Below, in pieces: positions 26,301 through 39,657 of a stretch of DNA of 64,000 bases. The notes beneath the pieces are model-generated. The model saw only the letters and a program-made list of their open reading frames with translations, searched no databases and was not told the DNA's origin. Position numbers and translations under genes: made by a program. The stretch comes from the human T2T-CHM13v2.0 reference genome, Homo sapiens, in the NCBI RefSeq assembly GCF_009914755.1, contig NC_060934.1. One strand, given 5' to 3'. Position 1 is the stretch's first letter, and each line of letters starts with the position of its first letter.

Positions 26301-28449
26301 ATGAGTCATCACCCTCTTCACTTTAGGATGTCACCTTCTTCTCTCCATGGTAGGGTTAAAGACTTCCTAGGTGCTTTCAGGACACCAGATTAGAGGCATT
26401 CTGTTTTCACTTTTAAATATATTTAGAGTAATATCATTTGTCACTTGATGTTACCCTAAATACATCATAAGCAATCTGAAAATAAATAAAAGTTTAACAA
26501 TATATCTTATTTAAAAAATTATTTTGTTTCCTTGAAGCAAAAAATGAGGACCAGAAAACACTCTAAAAAGACTTTTGAAATGTCAGCAAAAAGGTTTGGT
26601 ATTTTTGTGAATGCACACACATAAAAAATTGGAGTTTATACGTCATAACTGCTAGTAGACACAAGTTCATGTAAAGCAAGCTTACGGATTCTGGCCCAAC
26701 AACAACTAGAGAAATAAACGAATAATAAGAAGGCTATACCAAAAATGTAACACAAAATGAAATTGTGCATCATTATGGTGTGCTCTTCAATTACAGCAAA
26801 TAAAACTTTTCACAGATGGAGACAATAATACTATTTGGTTGTCTTCTGAACTGACATAGAAACATATTACCAACATATTGTCAGGTTAACATTACATTCC
26901 AAGTTTTTCTCCACAAAAACTACGCTCTAGCTTTGTGTGGTGCTGTCTTAGAGTTGCGATTACAGCCTCCAGGGATAAGTCTATCTGCTATGGTAATATC
27001 CTGCCTGGAGTCTCATCAGCAAAAGTTGAATCAATCTTCAGCAATCTTCGGCACATTTTATGAATAATAGGAGATGTGTCATATTCTGCCCTGGTAGGTT
27101 GTTTTCTGAAATTGTAGATATTTTTCAAGAGATTGGAACACCAATGTGCTATACTTATTTAACTTCCATATGGTAAGATAATTTTAAAAAAAGATGGGTC
27201 TGTAAACACAGAGGACATTGTACATCATTATTATTTCTGGTTTTTATTCTCCATACAAATATCATACTCCAAATAAAATGAAGAGATTTGCTAGTTATGG
27301 ATCATTACAAGAGTTATTTTGCTGGTAAAAGCAGTTGATGGCCAAAACAAACGTTTTATTACATACTGAAGATTAAATATATGGAAATACATTCATCACA
27401 ATGAGATTCTTTCTTCAGAATGACATGATTAAGGTGAATTATGGATGGAGATAATTAAATAAATCTACTTTCATGTTACAAATTGAAACTAAAACAAGAA
27501 TCAGACATCTCAAGTGTCTTTATTATCCTCTATAACAAATTAGACTTTACAAGATACAATATGTGTTTTTTCAGAATGGATTTATCCTGCAATAACTTTG
27601 CTGGTCAATTGCTTTACACAATGACTTGGATCCAGTTTCATTATAAAATAAAATTGTCAAAAACTTAACTAGAAATACCATATCTATACTGAATATATCA
27701 GTCAGAATTAATATAATTTCTGTTAATATTTTGGATATATATACACAGTATATATAATACTGTAGTCTATGTATTTCTTCTTATTATTATCATCCAATCT
27801 ACTAATTTAGCTTGGATCATTCCCATTCTAGAATTTTTGATGTTGTAGTTGATTTTTTCAAAATTATTTTATTTTGTATTTTGAGAGTTTCCAATTATTT
27901 AGTTTTCTTCATCCTTCTTATTTTGTTGTGTTATTTTTTATTTTGTGATTTCTTGTTTCCGCTTATGCACATAAATGTTCTCCATGTTTTTGAGGACTTA
28001 AGTGTAATTGTTTTTAAATTATTCAAAATTTTCATTATTATTTTTATTTTGAAAAGTGAATTAATTTACAGAATGTTACTGTATAGGTTAGCTTCCTTTG
28101 TTCACCTATGTATTTAGAATTTTAGTTTCTAGGCTCTGTATTGACCTTGATTATCAGCCTTCTCTTTTCACTAGTCCTTTTTCAGTTTTCTCCCCCTTCC
28201 TTCCAGAAGCTCATGTCTAAACCAAGTCTTATGCAGATGGCTCCAAAATGCTGCCCCAATGCAATAGTGGCTGGGCTAGATTCTTGGGCAAGCAACACGA
28301 AATATTGCATTGGATTGCTAATTTAGATGAGCCCCTTCCTTGGTTTAATGCTCTTCTGTCTTGGTCTTGGTATTGTTAATAATGTTATCTTTAAACTTGT
28401 GTTTGTCAGTGAAATCTGAAGGGACAATGGAGCATGCATTTGAGCAGAC

Positions 28450-29313
28450 TTATGTACAATATGCATGTCTCTGTTGCTTGATGCCCATGCACATAGAGCC
28501 TTCCTGGTGTCCCATAAGCACAGAGTCCCTGTGTGCTCTCAGTAAGTGGTAGTTCCAAAAAATTCAATACAAGTACAGGGTAAATGTGTTCTGTTCAGGC
28601 AGAGCTGTTAATAGCGCCGAGAGGCGATAATTTCTGTTCCAACAAAAACTGGCTGCACACACAGAAAGAAGGCTACAGATTTCTAAGAAACATGAACAAC
28701 CAAAGAGTCCTATCATATCATTTCTTACTCAGAAGTTTCTTTCCTATATTAGCCGACCACTTATGCTGAAAATGAAGGCAGGGAAGAGAAACATAAGACA
28801 GCTCATAGTCTCTTCTCCATTTGATCCTTATATACCCATTGGTAAGTAATAGGTAGAGAGTGTTGGTAGAATGTGTGTATATTGATACGATAAATAGAAA
28901 AGTTGAGTTAGTTTTGTGCAGTGTTTCTACTGCACAAAATATATGTTGGTAGTAACAAAATATACATGCATGTACATACTATGAAATATGTATTATGTAA
29001 TTTTTGTGATTCTATGTATAAGTTAAATGCTTTTATATTTGCATTTTAAATTGATACTGCACAACATAAAAATGAATGTGAAAATTTATTGTGGTAATTT
29101 AGATTTTTAATTTTTTTACATAAAAGGACATAGAATAGCAAAGGAAAAACAAAACAAACAAACTGAAAGACGTAACAAGTTGAAAAATAGATCACAGATA
29201 AAGGAAACATTTTATACTTTGATACACTTAATAGAACCTTTTGCTTATATTTTGAACTAGAGCCCCACACTTTCATTTTGCACTAGACCTTACAAATTAT
29301 ATAATCAACCCTG
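28450..29313 (+). mobile_element. hAT-Tip100 DNA transposon (MER115/Zaphod-like)
   Basis: Terminus ccccacactttcattttgcactagaccttacaaattatataatcaaccctg and internal aagttaaatgcttttatatttgcatt match my recollection of MER115/Zaphod; left boundary uncertain. Confidence 0.7.
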
Positions 29314-31936
29314 GACACTGAATTAAGACAAAAGCCAATATTTACAAAAATGGGCACCATAGCCCAAGCTATTGCTTTGAAGCTACATTAGTTCCTGTTT
29401 CCAGCTGTGAGCCTGAACTCCATTTTAGGAAGTGAGACTGGCCAGGGTTTCTGTGTAGAGTTTGGCATTTTTATTCTCTAGGACCCTGCAAGAGTCTACA
29501 GTAATTGTAGACTCAAAAATGTCAGAGATTGCTGCTTGTATTTATATAATGCCCCATACTGGAGAAGGCAGCCTCTCTCTATTACGGAATAAAGACAAGA
29601 CTGTGGCTTTGGTATTTTTTTATCTTCTAATTCCTGGTCCATGGAGATAGTTATCTTATTTTGTTTATATCTACCTTTTAAATTTTATTTATTCATATTC
29701 TCCTGCCAACACTCTGTATTTGTAGCAGAGTTCTGGGCAGATGTCTCCACAAGAACAATCATTAACAAAAGTAAGAAGCACAGTTTAAGATAAACAAATT
29801 TAATGAAACATAAACATTAGATGTTATATATTTAATATTTCTAACAAAAATGAAATAAGAAAAAGAAAGAACAGAAGAAAGAACAAAAGGAAGAAAGACA
29901 AAAAACAAATAGTTTATTTTCTGAAATGTCTACATCAAAATGATTCACCCTTGCTGCCTCTCTTTGGTGATCACAGAAAAGCTCACTACGATAATCAACA
30001 TTCACATGAACACAACTCCATGTGTCTGATGTTTACTAATACGAAAAAGTTGTTTCCCTTCTTTGCCAGATCTTTTAAATTTGAATTTATGTTGTGATCA
30101 ATGATTATTAGATTTGACCAAAGAATCCTTTTATCTCTGTTTAATTACATTTCTTGTCATCAAGAAGTTAATATTGCAAAAACAAACAAACAAAATGAAG
30201 TATTTCCTTGGCAGTCTCAACAACTGAAAACAAAGCAAGCAAAATGGACACAAGCCATCTAGAAGACTTCATCAAATATTATTTTACTTATTCCAAGCTA
30301 AACCATCATTACTCTTGTCTCTCAGCTAGGGAACTTAAAAAGATGATCATATTCTGAAACTTTAATGTTCTATAATAATTGTTTATCTGTGAACCTGCAG
30401 CAGAGCCATGAACAAAGGAAATTATTCTCTTGTCTGAAACGTCTGCATTTTGCAATGTGTGGAGTGGACATTTGGGGGTGTAGAGCATAGTGAACACGTT
30501 TCTTCAGTTCCAGGGAATTACCAATTCAGTACCTTCAACCTTATATTTTGTAGCTTAAGTCCATGTTTGGAAATGTCATCTCTTCCATTCTAAAATAATT
30601 TGTATTTCTTGCCCAATTTCACTTGCCTAGTCTCAAGGTAAACAGTTTGGAAGTGGTAGTGCCTGATAATTTTCTAACTTAAAAGTGCAATGCCCACTTG
30701 GAATTCTATCCAATTAAGGCAAGGAAGTACCCACTGTCACCAATACTGCTTTATCAGCCAGTTTTATTCTAGCAGCTGCATCAAGCAGCTGGTTCTGAGA
30801 CTAATTCCACATCTTTCCAAAACATTATTGGTTTTTCCTCTCTCCCTGAGTAGTGTTAAGGATGGTAGAAGTAGATGGATAGCTTTGCTCTATGTTGACT
30901 TATATGCATTGAAGTATCAACTACTGACCTGCCTGTATGAGAAATGTGTGCTTTCTTCAGATGATAAACAATGTCTTGTCAGTTGGATCTCTTTAGGAAT
31001 CTCATCTCTGATTAATAATATCTGATTGAAGACTTAACTTGAAACTTATTAGGTCAACAAAAAGATTAGTAATAAAAAATATACACCCTGAAGTGAAACA
31101 TAAACAGAAAATATGCAAACAAGCCAAAATTAACTTTTTAAAGTCATGATTTTTATTTCTATATTAAAATAAGTATATATCTTTGCAATTTATCATATAA
31201 GTATCATACAATATACTGAGCATCCACTATGCCATAGTGTTCCTGGTATTTTTGAGAAAGCGTCCTATGTTCAAATACTGCATTGGTTCTCACTAAAGGA
31301 ATGGTATTAAAGTAATTATATTACCACACACAACCTTAAACTTCTCATCCATAAATAACACCTTATTTGCACAGTTATTTAAAGGATTTATAAAAGATAT
31401 GCCAGTCATTTGTTAACTGTATTGTCCATAAGAATCACCAGGAAAGCAGGTTTACATATAGATTACATGGATTACAGCTCCATAGATTCCAATTCAGTAT
31501 ATTTTAACAGTGTGCAAGAATATTCCTTTTAAGCATAAACCACAGTGACTTTGATTTAAGTAGTCAGTGGATAGTTAATAATTATCTATATATAAATCAA
31601 CTAGTACAATGTCATAGGTTAGGGGTTTTGCAGGTAATAGGAATTAGATAACATGTAGTTAGAGTTATAGTGAGATACTGGTGTTACCTAAAACTTCTCA
31701 CTCTCTAGGGTTCTGTTCAGCCCTTAACTAAAGGCAAGTAGAGGAGGAACCCCTGTCTGAGATCAGTCCAGATCCATTTATCATAATCCTTGTGCTGAAT
31801 GCCTGACCATGTTGTCAGGTTATGAGTCTTATATTGGGTCAGTCTAACTGGAGTAAATGTAGATATATTAAGTGCTGAGATCTCAATCTCTCCACTAGCA
31901 ATTGCTCACGCTTCTGTTTACTCCTCTGGTGTTTAT

Positions 31937-33162
31937 AAAATCATGGCTTTAAGGATGAGATATGATATAAGAAATACGTTGTAGGCAATTTCATCATTGT
32001 GAAAACATCATAGAGTGTACTTACATAACCTGGATGGTATAGACCACTACAAATCTAGGATATATGGTATAGCTTATTGCTTCTAGGCTACAAACCTTTG
32101 TAGCATATGACTATACTGAATACTGTAGACAGCTGTAACGCAATGGTAAGTAATTGTGTATCTAAACAAATCTAATCATATAAAAAGTACAATAAAAATA
32201 CAGTATAAAAGATATTATAAAACACGGTACATCAATATGGGGCACTTATGATGAATGGAGCTTGCAAGACTGGAAGTTGTTCTGAGTGACTTAGTGAGTG
32301 AGTGCTGAGTGAATATGAAGGCCTAGGACATTACTCTACATTACTGTGGACTTTATGAACGCTGTATACTTAGGCTACACTAAATTTATTTTTTAATATA
32401 ATTCTTCAATAATGAATTAACCTTAGCTTATTGTAACTTTTTTACTTTATGAACTTTGTTTTTTTTTTAACTTTTGGACTATTTTGTAATAACACTTTGC
32501 TTAAAATAGAAACACATTGTACAGCTGTGCAAAAGGATTTTCTTTACATCCTTATTCTACAAACTATTTTTTCTATTTTTAAAACTTTTTAAATTTACTT
32601 ATACTTTTAAAACATTTTTCATTTAAAAGTAAGACACAAACACACTAGTCTAGACCTATAGAGGGTCAGGCTAATATCATTGCCTTTCACTTCTTCATGT
32701 GTTCCCACTGGAAGGTCTTCAAGGACAAAAACACACATGGAACTGTCATCACCTATTACAATGCCTTCTTTTGGAATACCTTTTCAAGGACCGGCCTTTT
32801 CAGGACCTTTTCAAGGTCCTGTTTTACAGTTAACTTTTATTTTTCTTATAACTAGAAGGATTACACTCTAAAATAACAAGAAAAGTATATTATAGTAAAT
32901 ACATAAGCCAGAAACATTTATTTTTCTTATCAAGTATTATGTACTGTGCATAGTTGTACGTGCTACACTTTTAGATGGCCTGCAGCACAGTAGGTTCATA
33001 TACACCAGGATTGCTACAAACAAGTGAGTCATGCATTGGACTACAATGTCATGGCAACCACGTCACTGGGAGACAGGAATTTTTCAGCTCCATTATAATT
33101 TTGTGGAGCTTGACTGAAACGCATATTCGTTGACTGAAACATCGTTATGCAGCACATGACTG
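31937..33162 (-). mobile_element. Tigger3b-like (TcMar-Tigger) DNA transposon, about 1.2 kb
   Basis: aacatcatagagtgtacttac...ctaggctacaaacc...; right end tgactgaaacatcgttatgcagcacatgactg followed by TA. Confidence 0.88.
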
Positions 33163-34397
33163 TATTCCTAAAAGCTATGCACAAGTCTAAGTGGCAAAGG
33201 AAGTGATGTCAGTGCCATCTCCTGAGCTGTCTTCCTATACATTTCTTAGAAGGCCTGAGAGTTGCACTTATCCCTGGCCTCTTTGCTCATTCAAATGTTC
33301 TTTCAGCAACATCCCCATAGAAAAGAAAAGTCCTTTCTGGAGAGTAATGCAAATAAATCTGGGACCCCCAGAGAGTCTATGCAAATGATCAACAGGTTTA
33401 GAACAACATGTTTAGAAAATGACCAGAAAGTAAAATTTTTAATTAACATGTAAATAAACTGATTTATGGGCTGACTAGCAGCTTATATCTTTTTTTTATC
33501 CTCCCTGAGAAGTAGAAGGGTAGTTAGTTAGGGGAATCTTGGAAATTGGTTGGATTTCTAACAGTTGCCTTAAGGGGATTGTCATAAAATGTAAATAAAA
33601 TAAGGTACTAGCAAAAGTGTGTGATTTGTGATGAATCACTTGCAGATTTTTCTTTTCCATGGTACTAAAACATCAATGAACAGAGACTAATTACTTTGAT
33701 CAAGAATTTCAATTTAAGGAATCCCTTTACTAAAACACAAATATGTTATATGATTACTACATAACTAACTGCTCTTTTGGAAAACTCACTTTCACAAATT
33801 GATATTGCATGTTAAACTTTTAAGACATGGAATATAGAAAGGGATGCTTCCCAGACATTGGCAGAATGCCTCAGGATGGTAGAGGTATTGCTCTCACATG
33901 GGAACATGTACCTGGGAGGAAAAACTCATGCACCACAAGTGGGGAGATGAGAATAGAAAGGAAAGGTGGACAGGACTGAACTGAAAATTCAATTACTTTA
34001 CAATTCTTCTCAGGCTTTCCCTGTCTTTAAATCATCTTGAGAGGCAGATTTGATTTTATGCTACACTGCAGGGCAGGGAAGAGGAATGAGTGCTATTCTG
34101 TGTGCTCACCTTTGGATACAGGTGTGAGAACGATATCCTCTGACTGACTCAAATCCTGAGCAGAATGAAGAATTTAAATTATTTCATCATGACTGCTAAA
34201 TTTCAAAATGAATTACATGATTTTAAACAAACAATTTTAAGCATCATAGATGACAATAATGATTTGTAATAGGAATAAGCTGATGATTTGCTTGTTAAAA
34301 TATTTTAAAATTTAGTTTTTTAAGTTTATCATCTCAGCTTTAATTTGCCTAAATAGCAGTGAAATCAGCTTTCCATTGAGTACGGAGCTGTTTAAAT

Positions 34398-34594
34398 CAG
34401 GGGTAGGCAAACTGCAAACTGGTAAATCTGGCCCACCACCTGTTTTTAGAAATAAAATTTTAGGGAAACACAGCCAATTTGCTGGCTGCTTTCCAGCTAC
34501 AACAGTAGATTTGAGTAATTATAACAGACACCTATAGCCTGCAAAGCCAAAATTTGCTATCTGACCTTTTACAGAAAAAGTTTGATGACCCCTG
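34398..34594 (+). mobile_element. MER58A (hAT-Charlie) DNA transposon
   Basis: TIRs caggggtaggcaaact / agtttgatgacccctg; exact 8-bp TSD GTTTAAAT at 34390-34397 and 34595-34602. Confidence 0.92.
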
Positions 34595-35549
34595 GTTTAA
34601 ATGTAATCGCTTCTTTAAAAAATCTCAAAGCCTAGGTAGCTTTTAAACAAAATGACTCTTTAGTAATTGAACAAAGCTATCTTGGCTGACACATGAATCA
34701 TAGGAATATTGAAGAATGGCATCATAGTTTGAAATGTTAATTGAAAAATTAGCCTAAAAACCCAATTGTCTCTTCTTCGATGTAATTTCAGTGTGATGAT
34801 TTACTAAAAATTATATTATAAGATTAACAAGTGACGTTTAAAATTTCTCAAGTATATTTAAAATATGATTGTATATACTTCTTTTTAGGAACACAATACT
34901 GCCTACATATAATTAAAATTCATTACAAAGAGAAGTGATGTACTGTATAATTAAATATTTAAAATGCACGTTGATATTGATATAAGCCATTGGCTTGACT
35001 GTAAGATATTAAGTCAAAGTATTGGTTGGAATAGTCTACAACTAGAATCAGGACTAAAGGATCTAACTGGACAATGGTCCTGTTACCCAAGAAAACTGAT
35101 TTGTGTTTAAAAACAATACAGTAATAGGACATATTCATATGCAATTTGAGCGGATGCCATTATCAAAATGGTAGGATGTGGTAGCTAGGTATTCCACTCT
35201 AGACCAATATGTGTAATCAGGAAGGCAGGCCAGGGCAAATGAAGGGAGAGCTTGGCAGAGTTAGTAATTCACATGCCTGAAACCTAGACTCAAATCTTAC
35301 TCAAGTCGCTTCTTATCTGATGTTAACATGTCATTTTCCAGAACATTTCTGAACTTCGATTTCCCCCTAGGAAATCTAAAATGAGGATATGTATCTCAAA
35401 AGACAGCATATGGGGGTCATATGAGAAAAGCATGTGAAATAGTTTCATCTGTAGGAGAGCCACTTTAAAATTTGTGAATTAATTTTTATTTTTGCTCATA
35501 TTGGTATTGTGACAGTAAACATTTACCCCCTAAAACAAGCTATAATATT

Positions 35550-35840
35550 AGCTGGGCATGGTAGGGCACACCTGTAATCCCAGCATTTTGGGAGGCCAAA
35601 GCAAGGACAGCCTGAAACCAGGAGTTTGAGACCATCCTGGGCAACATAGCAAGATCCTGTCTCTACAGAAATATTAAATAAAATAAATTGTCTATGAGTG
35701 GTGGTGTGGGCCTGTGGACTTAGCTACTTGGAAGGCTGAGGTGGAAGGATTGTTTGAGCCCAGAAGTTTGAGGCTACAGTGAGCCATGATTGTGCTTCTG
35801 CATTGCAGCCTGGGTGACAGAGCAAGACCCTGTCTCTAGG
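35550..35840 (+). mobile_element. AluJ SINE with (CA)n tail
   Basis: Sense dimeric Alu with J diagnostics (ttgagcccagaagtttgaggctacagtgagcc); tail replaced by (CA)n at 35843-35883. Confidence 0.92.
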
Positions 35841-36203
35841 AAACACACACACACACACACACACACACGTGCACAAACACACAAATACTATTAACATAGA
35901 TTTCTAATTTTTATATTTAACTTTTTAAACATATATTTTCTTTAGAAATGTATATTTCCTTTGTATACTTGGAAGATGAAAAGGGAGGTCTTAATGGGTG
36001 ACACATTACAAACAGGTCTGATGGGGGAGCTTATCTCCTCCACACTTTTTGTAGTCTCCAAAGCCCACCACAGGGCTAAACATGCCTGTTTGTGTTTGTG
36101 GCTGCCTTCATTTGCTGCCATAACCACCTTGAACATTTGCTTGATGGAGGAGTTTCTTAGGAATAATTAAGTCTTAACAACGCCACATCATAGAGGAAAG
36201 ACA

Positions 36204-36368
36204 ATATCTAAATCAGAAATGTCACCAATTTGCGTATCAAACTAAGATGCTAAACAGAAACAGGGACAGAGGATGAAAGGGGTTGGAGGGAGAGGGGGTG
36301 GAAAACAGGAAAGCCTTACAAGAGACTAGGGAAAGTAAAAAGCAAGGAAAGGCAAGCAGTTTTGAAGA
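36204..36368 (+). repeat. 165-bp local duplication, copy 1
   Basis: Aligns to 38268-38433 with 10 substitutions and one 1-bp indel. Confidence 0.95.
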
Positions 36369-36991
36369 CAGTTCAATCATTACTGACTTTCCCCCAGGAT
36401 GTTTCTTTTAGATAGAGTCCACCTCACTTGGATCAGATGGAAGTGAACTCTTTTAAAAAGTTGAACAGGGCCAGAAAGACAGTGCCTCAGAGACTTGCTT
36501 AGCAGGCCAAATAAACCTCTCTGAACACCTTCCCCTAGAGAACTATTCATAGAGAAAGTTGCCTGCCTCACCCATTAAAGCCCAGGCTTCCTGCCAGCCA
36601 GTGGAGAAGTTTATTTTCACTTACTTGTCCAGCACAGGAACACACCTGGAAGAGCTCTGCTTTCTCATAATCCTCTATATGAGGATTTCTGATAATTAAA
36701 ATTTGAAAAACAGGTGATACCTTTTGGGTGAAAACCTGAAAATTATCTGTGAGCTATAAATGATGACCAAATTAATTATTATGTTTATTTATTTATAGCC
36801 ATACTTTTATTTATAGCCATTATTTATAGCTATTCTTCTATTCCACCAAAAAAATCTGAAAATCATTCATTATAGAGTAAAAACAGGTATGGCAAAATAC
36901 GTATGTATATATGAGATACATATATAATTTGGTATGTTATATGTATCTATTATACAAAATATAAAATATATATTACACATGTAAATCTTGC

Positions 36992-37283
36992 TTTTTTTTG
37001 TTTTTAGACAGAGTCTTGCTCTGTTGCCAGGCTGGAGTGCAGTGGTGCGGTCTCGGCTCACTGCAACCTCCGCCTGCGGGTTCAAGCAATTCCCCTGCCT
37101 CAGCCTCCCGAGTAGCTGGGACTAGAGGTGCGCACCACCAAGCGCAGCTAAGTTTTTGTATTTTAGTAGAGACGGGGTTTCACCACGTTGGCCAAGATGG
37201 TATCGATCTCCTGACCTCGTGATTCGCCCGCCTCAGACTCCCAATGTGCTGGTATTACAGGTATGAGCCACTGCGCCCAGCCC
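36992..37283 (-). mobile_element. AluSc-like SINE
   Basis: Antisense Alu (ctctgttgccaggctgg, ggccaagatggtatcgatctc); TSD-like aaatctYgYtttt. Confidence 0.94.
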
Positions 37284-37519
37284 AAATCTCGTTTTTCTTT
37301 AGAGACCAAATTCTTAATAGAGCGGTGCCTGAAAACTTATAAACTACAATGATGACCTTGATATTTAGGATTACAATAATAATCCCTGCCATTTATATGC
37401 CCATGTGACCAGCATGCTAAAAACAATATCTAAATCAATCCAAAACTCTAGGAAGTATGCAATAATATTTGTAGCTAACAAAGAAAATAAGTAAGTTTGG
37501 TTTCCCACAAAAGTTAATA

Positions 37520-37652
37520 TTTTATTTTATTTTTTAAAGACAGGGTCTCCCTGTGTTGCCTAGGCTAAATTCCAACCCCTGGGCTCAAACGATCCTCCAT
37601 CCTTAGCCTCCCAAGTAGTTGCAACTGCAGGCATGCACCACTGCACTCAGCT
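37520..37652 (-). mobile_element. FLAM / Alu monomer
   Basis: agacagggtctccctgtgttgcctaggct...ctgggctcaaacgatcctcc...gcatgcaccactgcactcagc; single arm. Confidence 0.85.
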
Positions 37653-38267
37653 CAGAAACTTATATTTTAAATCACACTGTCTAATAGCTATAATCATGAT
37701 TAAGTAATGGAATTAAATTAATCAAATTCAATGTGCATATAATCATATTAAAATACCTAAAGTTAGTCTAAGTTAAGGACTGTGTCAAACTGCTAATAAC
37801 ATAGTATCTTGCCAGCAGCAGCATGAGTCTATCCAGATCTAACAATTTTAAATCTAGTGATCTTTCCTTGAAACTCAACTACCCATAAGAGTCAGTAGCC
37901 AGAAAAACAAATGGCTTTCTCTCCAAAAGTAAAAATAGCTTTCCTCGTGATATAGCTATAGATGGAACAGGCCTAACTGTGCTCTAATTATGAGAAATAC
38001 ATTTTATTTATCCTCTGGAAGTATTATTTGCTCAAGTTTTGGGGCAGTTCTCACATTTGTCTTTATGAATAGTTCTGGTATTACAAATACTTCAATTTTA
38101 GAGAAAATGTAGCTACACATTTTTACTAATGTTGTGAAGAATCAGACACTTCCAGATCCAAACCATACATTTTTGATTTTGTATTTACAAAGTGGTAAAT
38201 ATAAAACTACCTTAGAATGTCATATGGGAAAATATAGTATTTTCTTAGATTACGAGAATAAATCTAC

Positions 38268-38433
38268 ATATCTAAATCAGAAATGTCACCAATTTGTATA
38301 TCAAGCTAAGATGCTAAACTGAAACAGGGCCAGAGGATGAAAGGGGTTTGAGGAAGATGGGGTGGAAAATAGGAAAGCCTTACAAGAGACTAGGGAAAGT
38401 AAAAAAGCAAGGAAAGGCAAGCAGTTTGGAAGA
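38268..38433 (+). repeat. 166-bp local duplication, copy 2
   Basis: About 93% identical to 36204-36368; fold-back hairpin at its right junction. Confidence 0.95.
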
Positions 38434-39029
38434 TATTAGTTCTGTGAACTAATATTCTTATATTATAAAGTATTATACTATTAGTTGTGTGAACATGCAA
38501 TGAAAAAAAATCAGAGATTACTGTACTATTAAAAATGTTAAGCTATGAATGACAGCATAAGTAGTATAGTTCAAAAGATTAATTGAACTTCCTAATCACA
38601 TATGGAATTTCATTTATGTTATGTAGCGAGAACTCTCTAACATGCACACAATTACTCAAATTTCACATAAATATATTTATACCTATTAATTCATATTCAG
38701 AATTATTGGAATATGGATGTCTTATTGCCCATCTAAAAGAGATAATGTATTAATGGTTTAGTCTCTCCAAAGAGTGTTTATTTGCAATATATATATATTT
38801 CATATTTAGAAGAGCTCCAAATTTGAATATAGATGGACTAATAATAAGGTCTTTGGCTGTACTCAGCAGTGCAAATGACACTGAGTAATTCTCACAGCTT
38901 CTGCAGAATCTACAAATGCAACCTTATTCAGATTACTAGATTAGATACCTTTGCAAATTAAATATAAGTAACAATAAGATTTTTAAAAAATGCATGGGAA
39001 GCCATTATTTTATTCTTTAAAAATTAATG

Positions 39030-39595
39030 AGCTCATGACAGAAAAATAGGTTAGAAGGGTCAACAGTCAATTCATGAAAAATATATAAAATAGCCCTTAA
39101 ACATAACAAAAGATGTTCCACCTCATACCTAGAGAAATGAAAATTTCTATCACACATGAGATATTATTACTTATCTCTAAAATTGGTTAAATAATAAAAA
39201 TTATTATAATTGTTAATGAGGCTGGGGAAACAGGTACTTTCATATAATTCTAGTAGTAATATAAATTAGAACACCCATATAAAGGAGCATTTTATAATAT
39301 CTAATTAATACACTAATAAGCTTAGCTTCTGGCCCACATCTAGAAATTTTCCATGAAGATTCAACTCCAATAATATAAAAAGATATCTGCACAAAATTAT
39401 TTATAGCAGGAAGATTTATAATTCCAAAATGTTGTAAACAAATTAAATGCCCAAATGTAAAAGAATAGTTGAAAAAGATGCGCTCCATCTGCATATTGGA
39501 GTATTGTCCAGCTGTAAAATAAGGAATAATATTTTCATGAGCTGAATGGAGTGATTTCCAGCTTATGTTATTAAAAAAAAGAAATATTCAAAGGA

Positions 39596-39657
<62 letters not shown>

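Noticed and set aside
27812-28117. Hydrophobic 101-aa ORF (and similar at 16245, 48189, 58939, 62851) resembling membrane proteins
   Set aside because: The F/L/I bias comes from T-rich, often antisense-L1 sequence; no splice or domain support.
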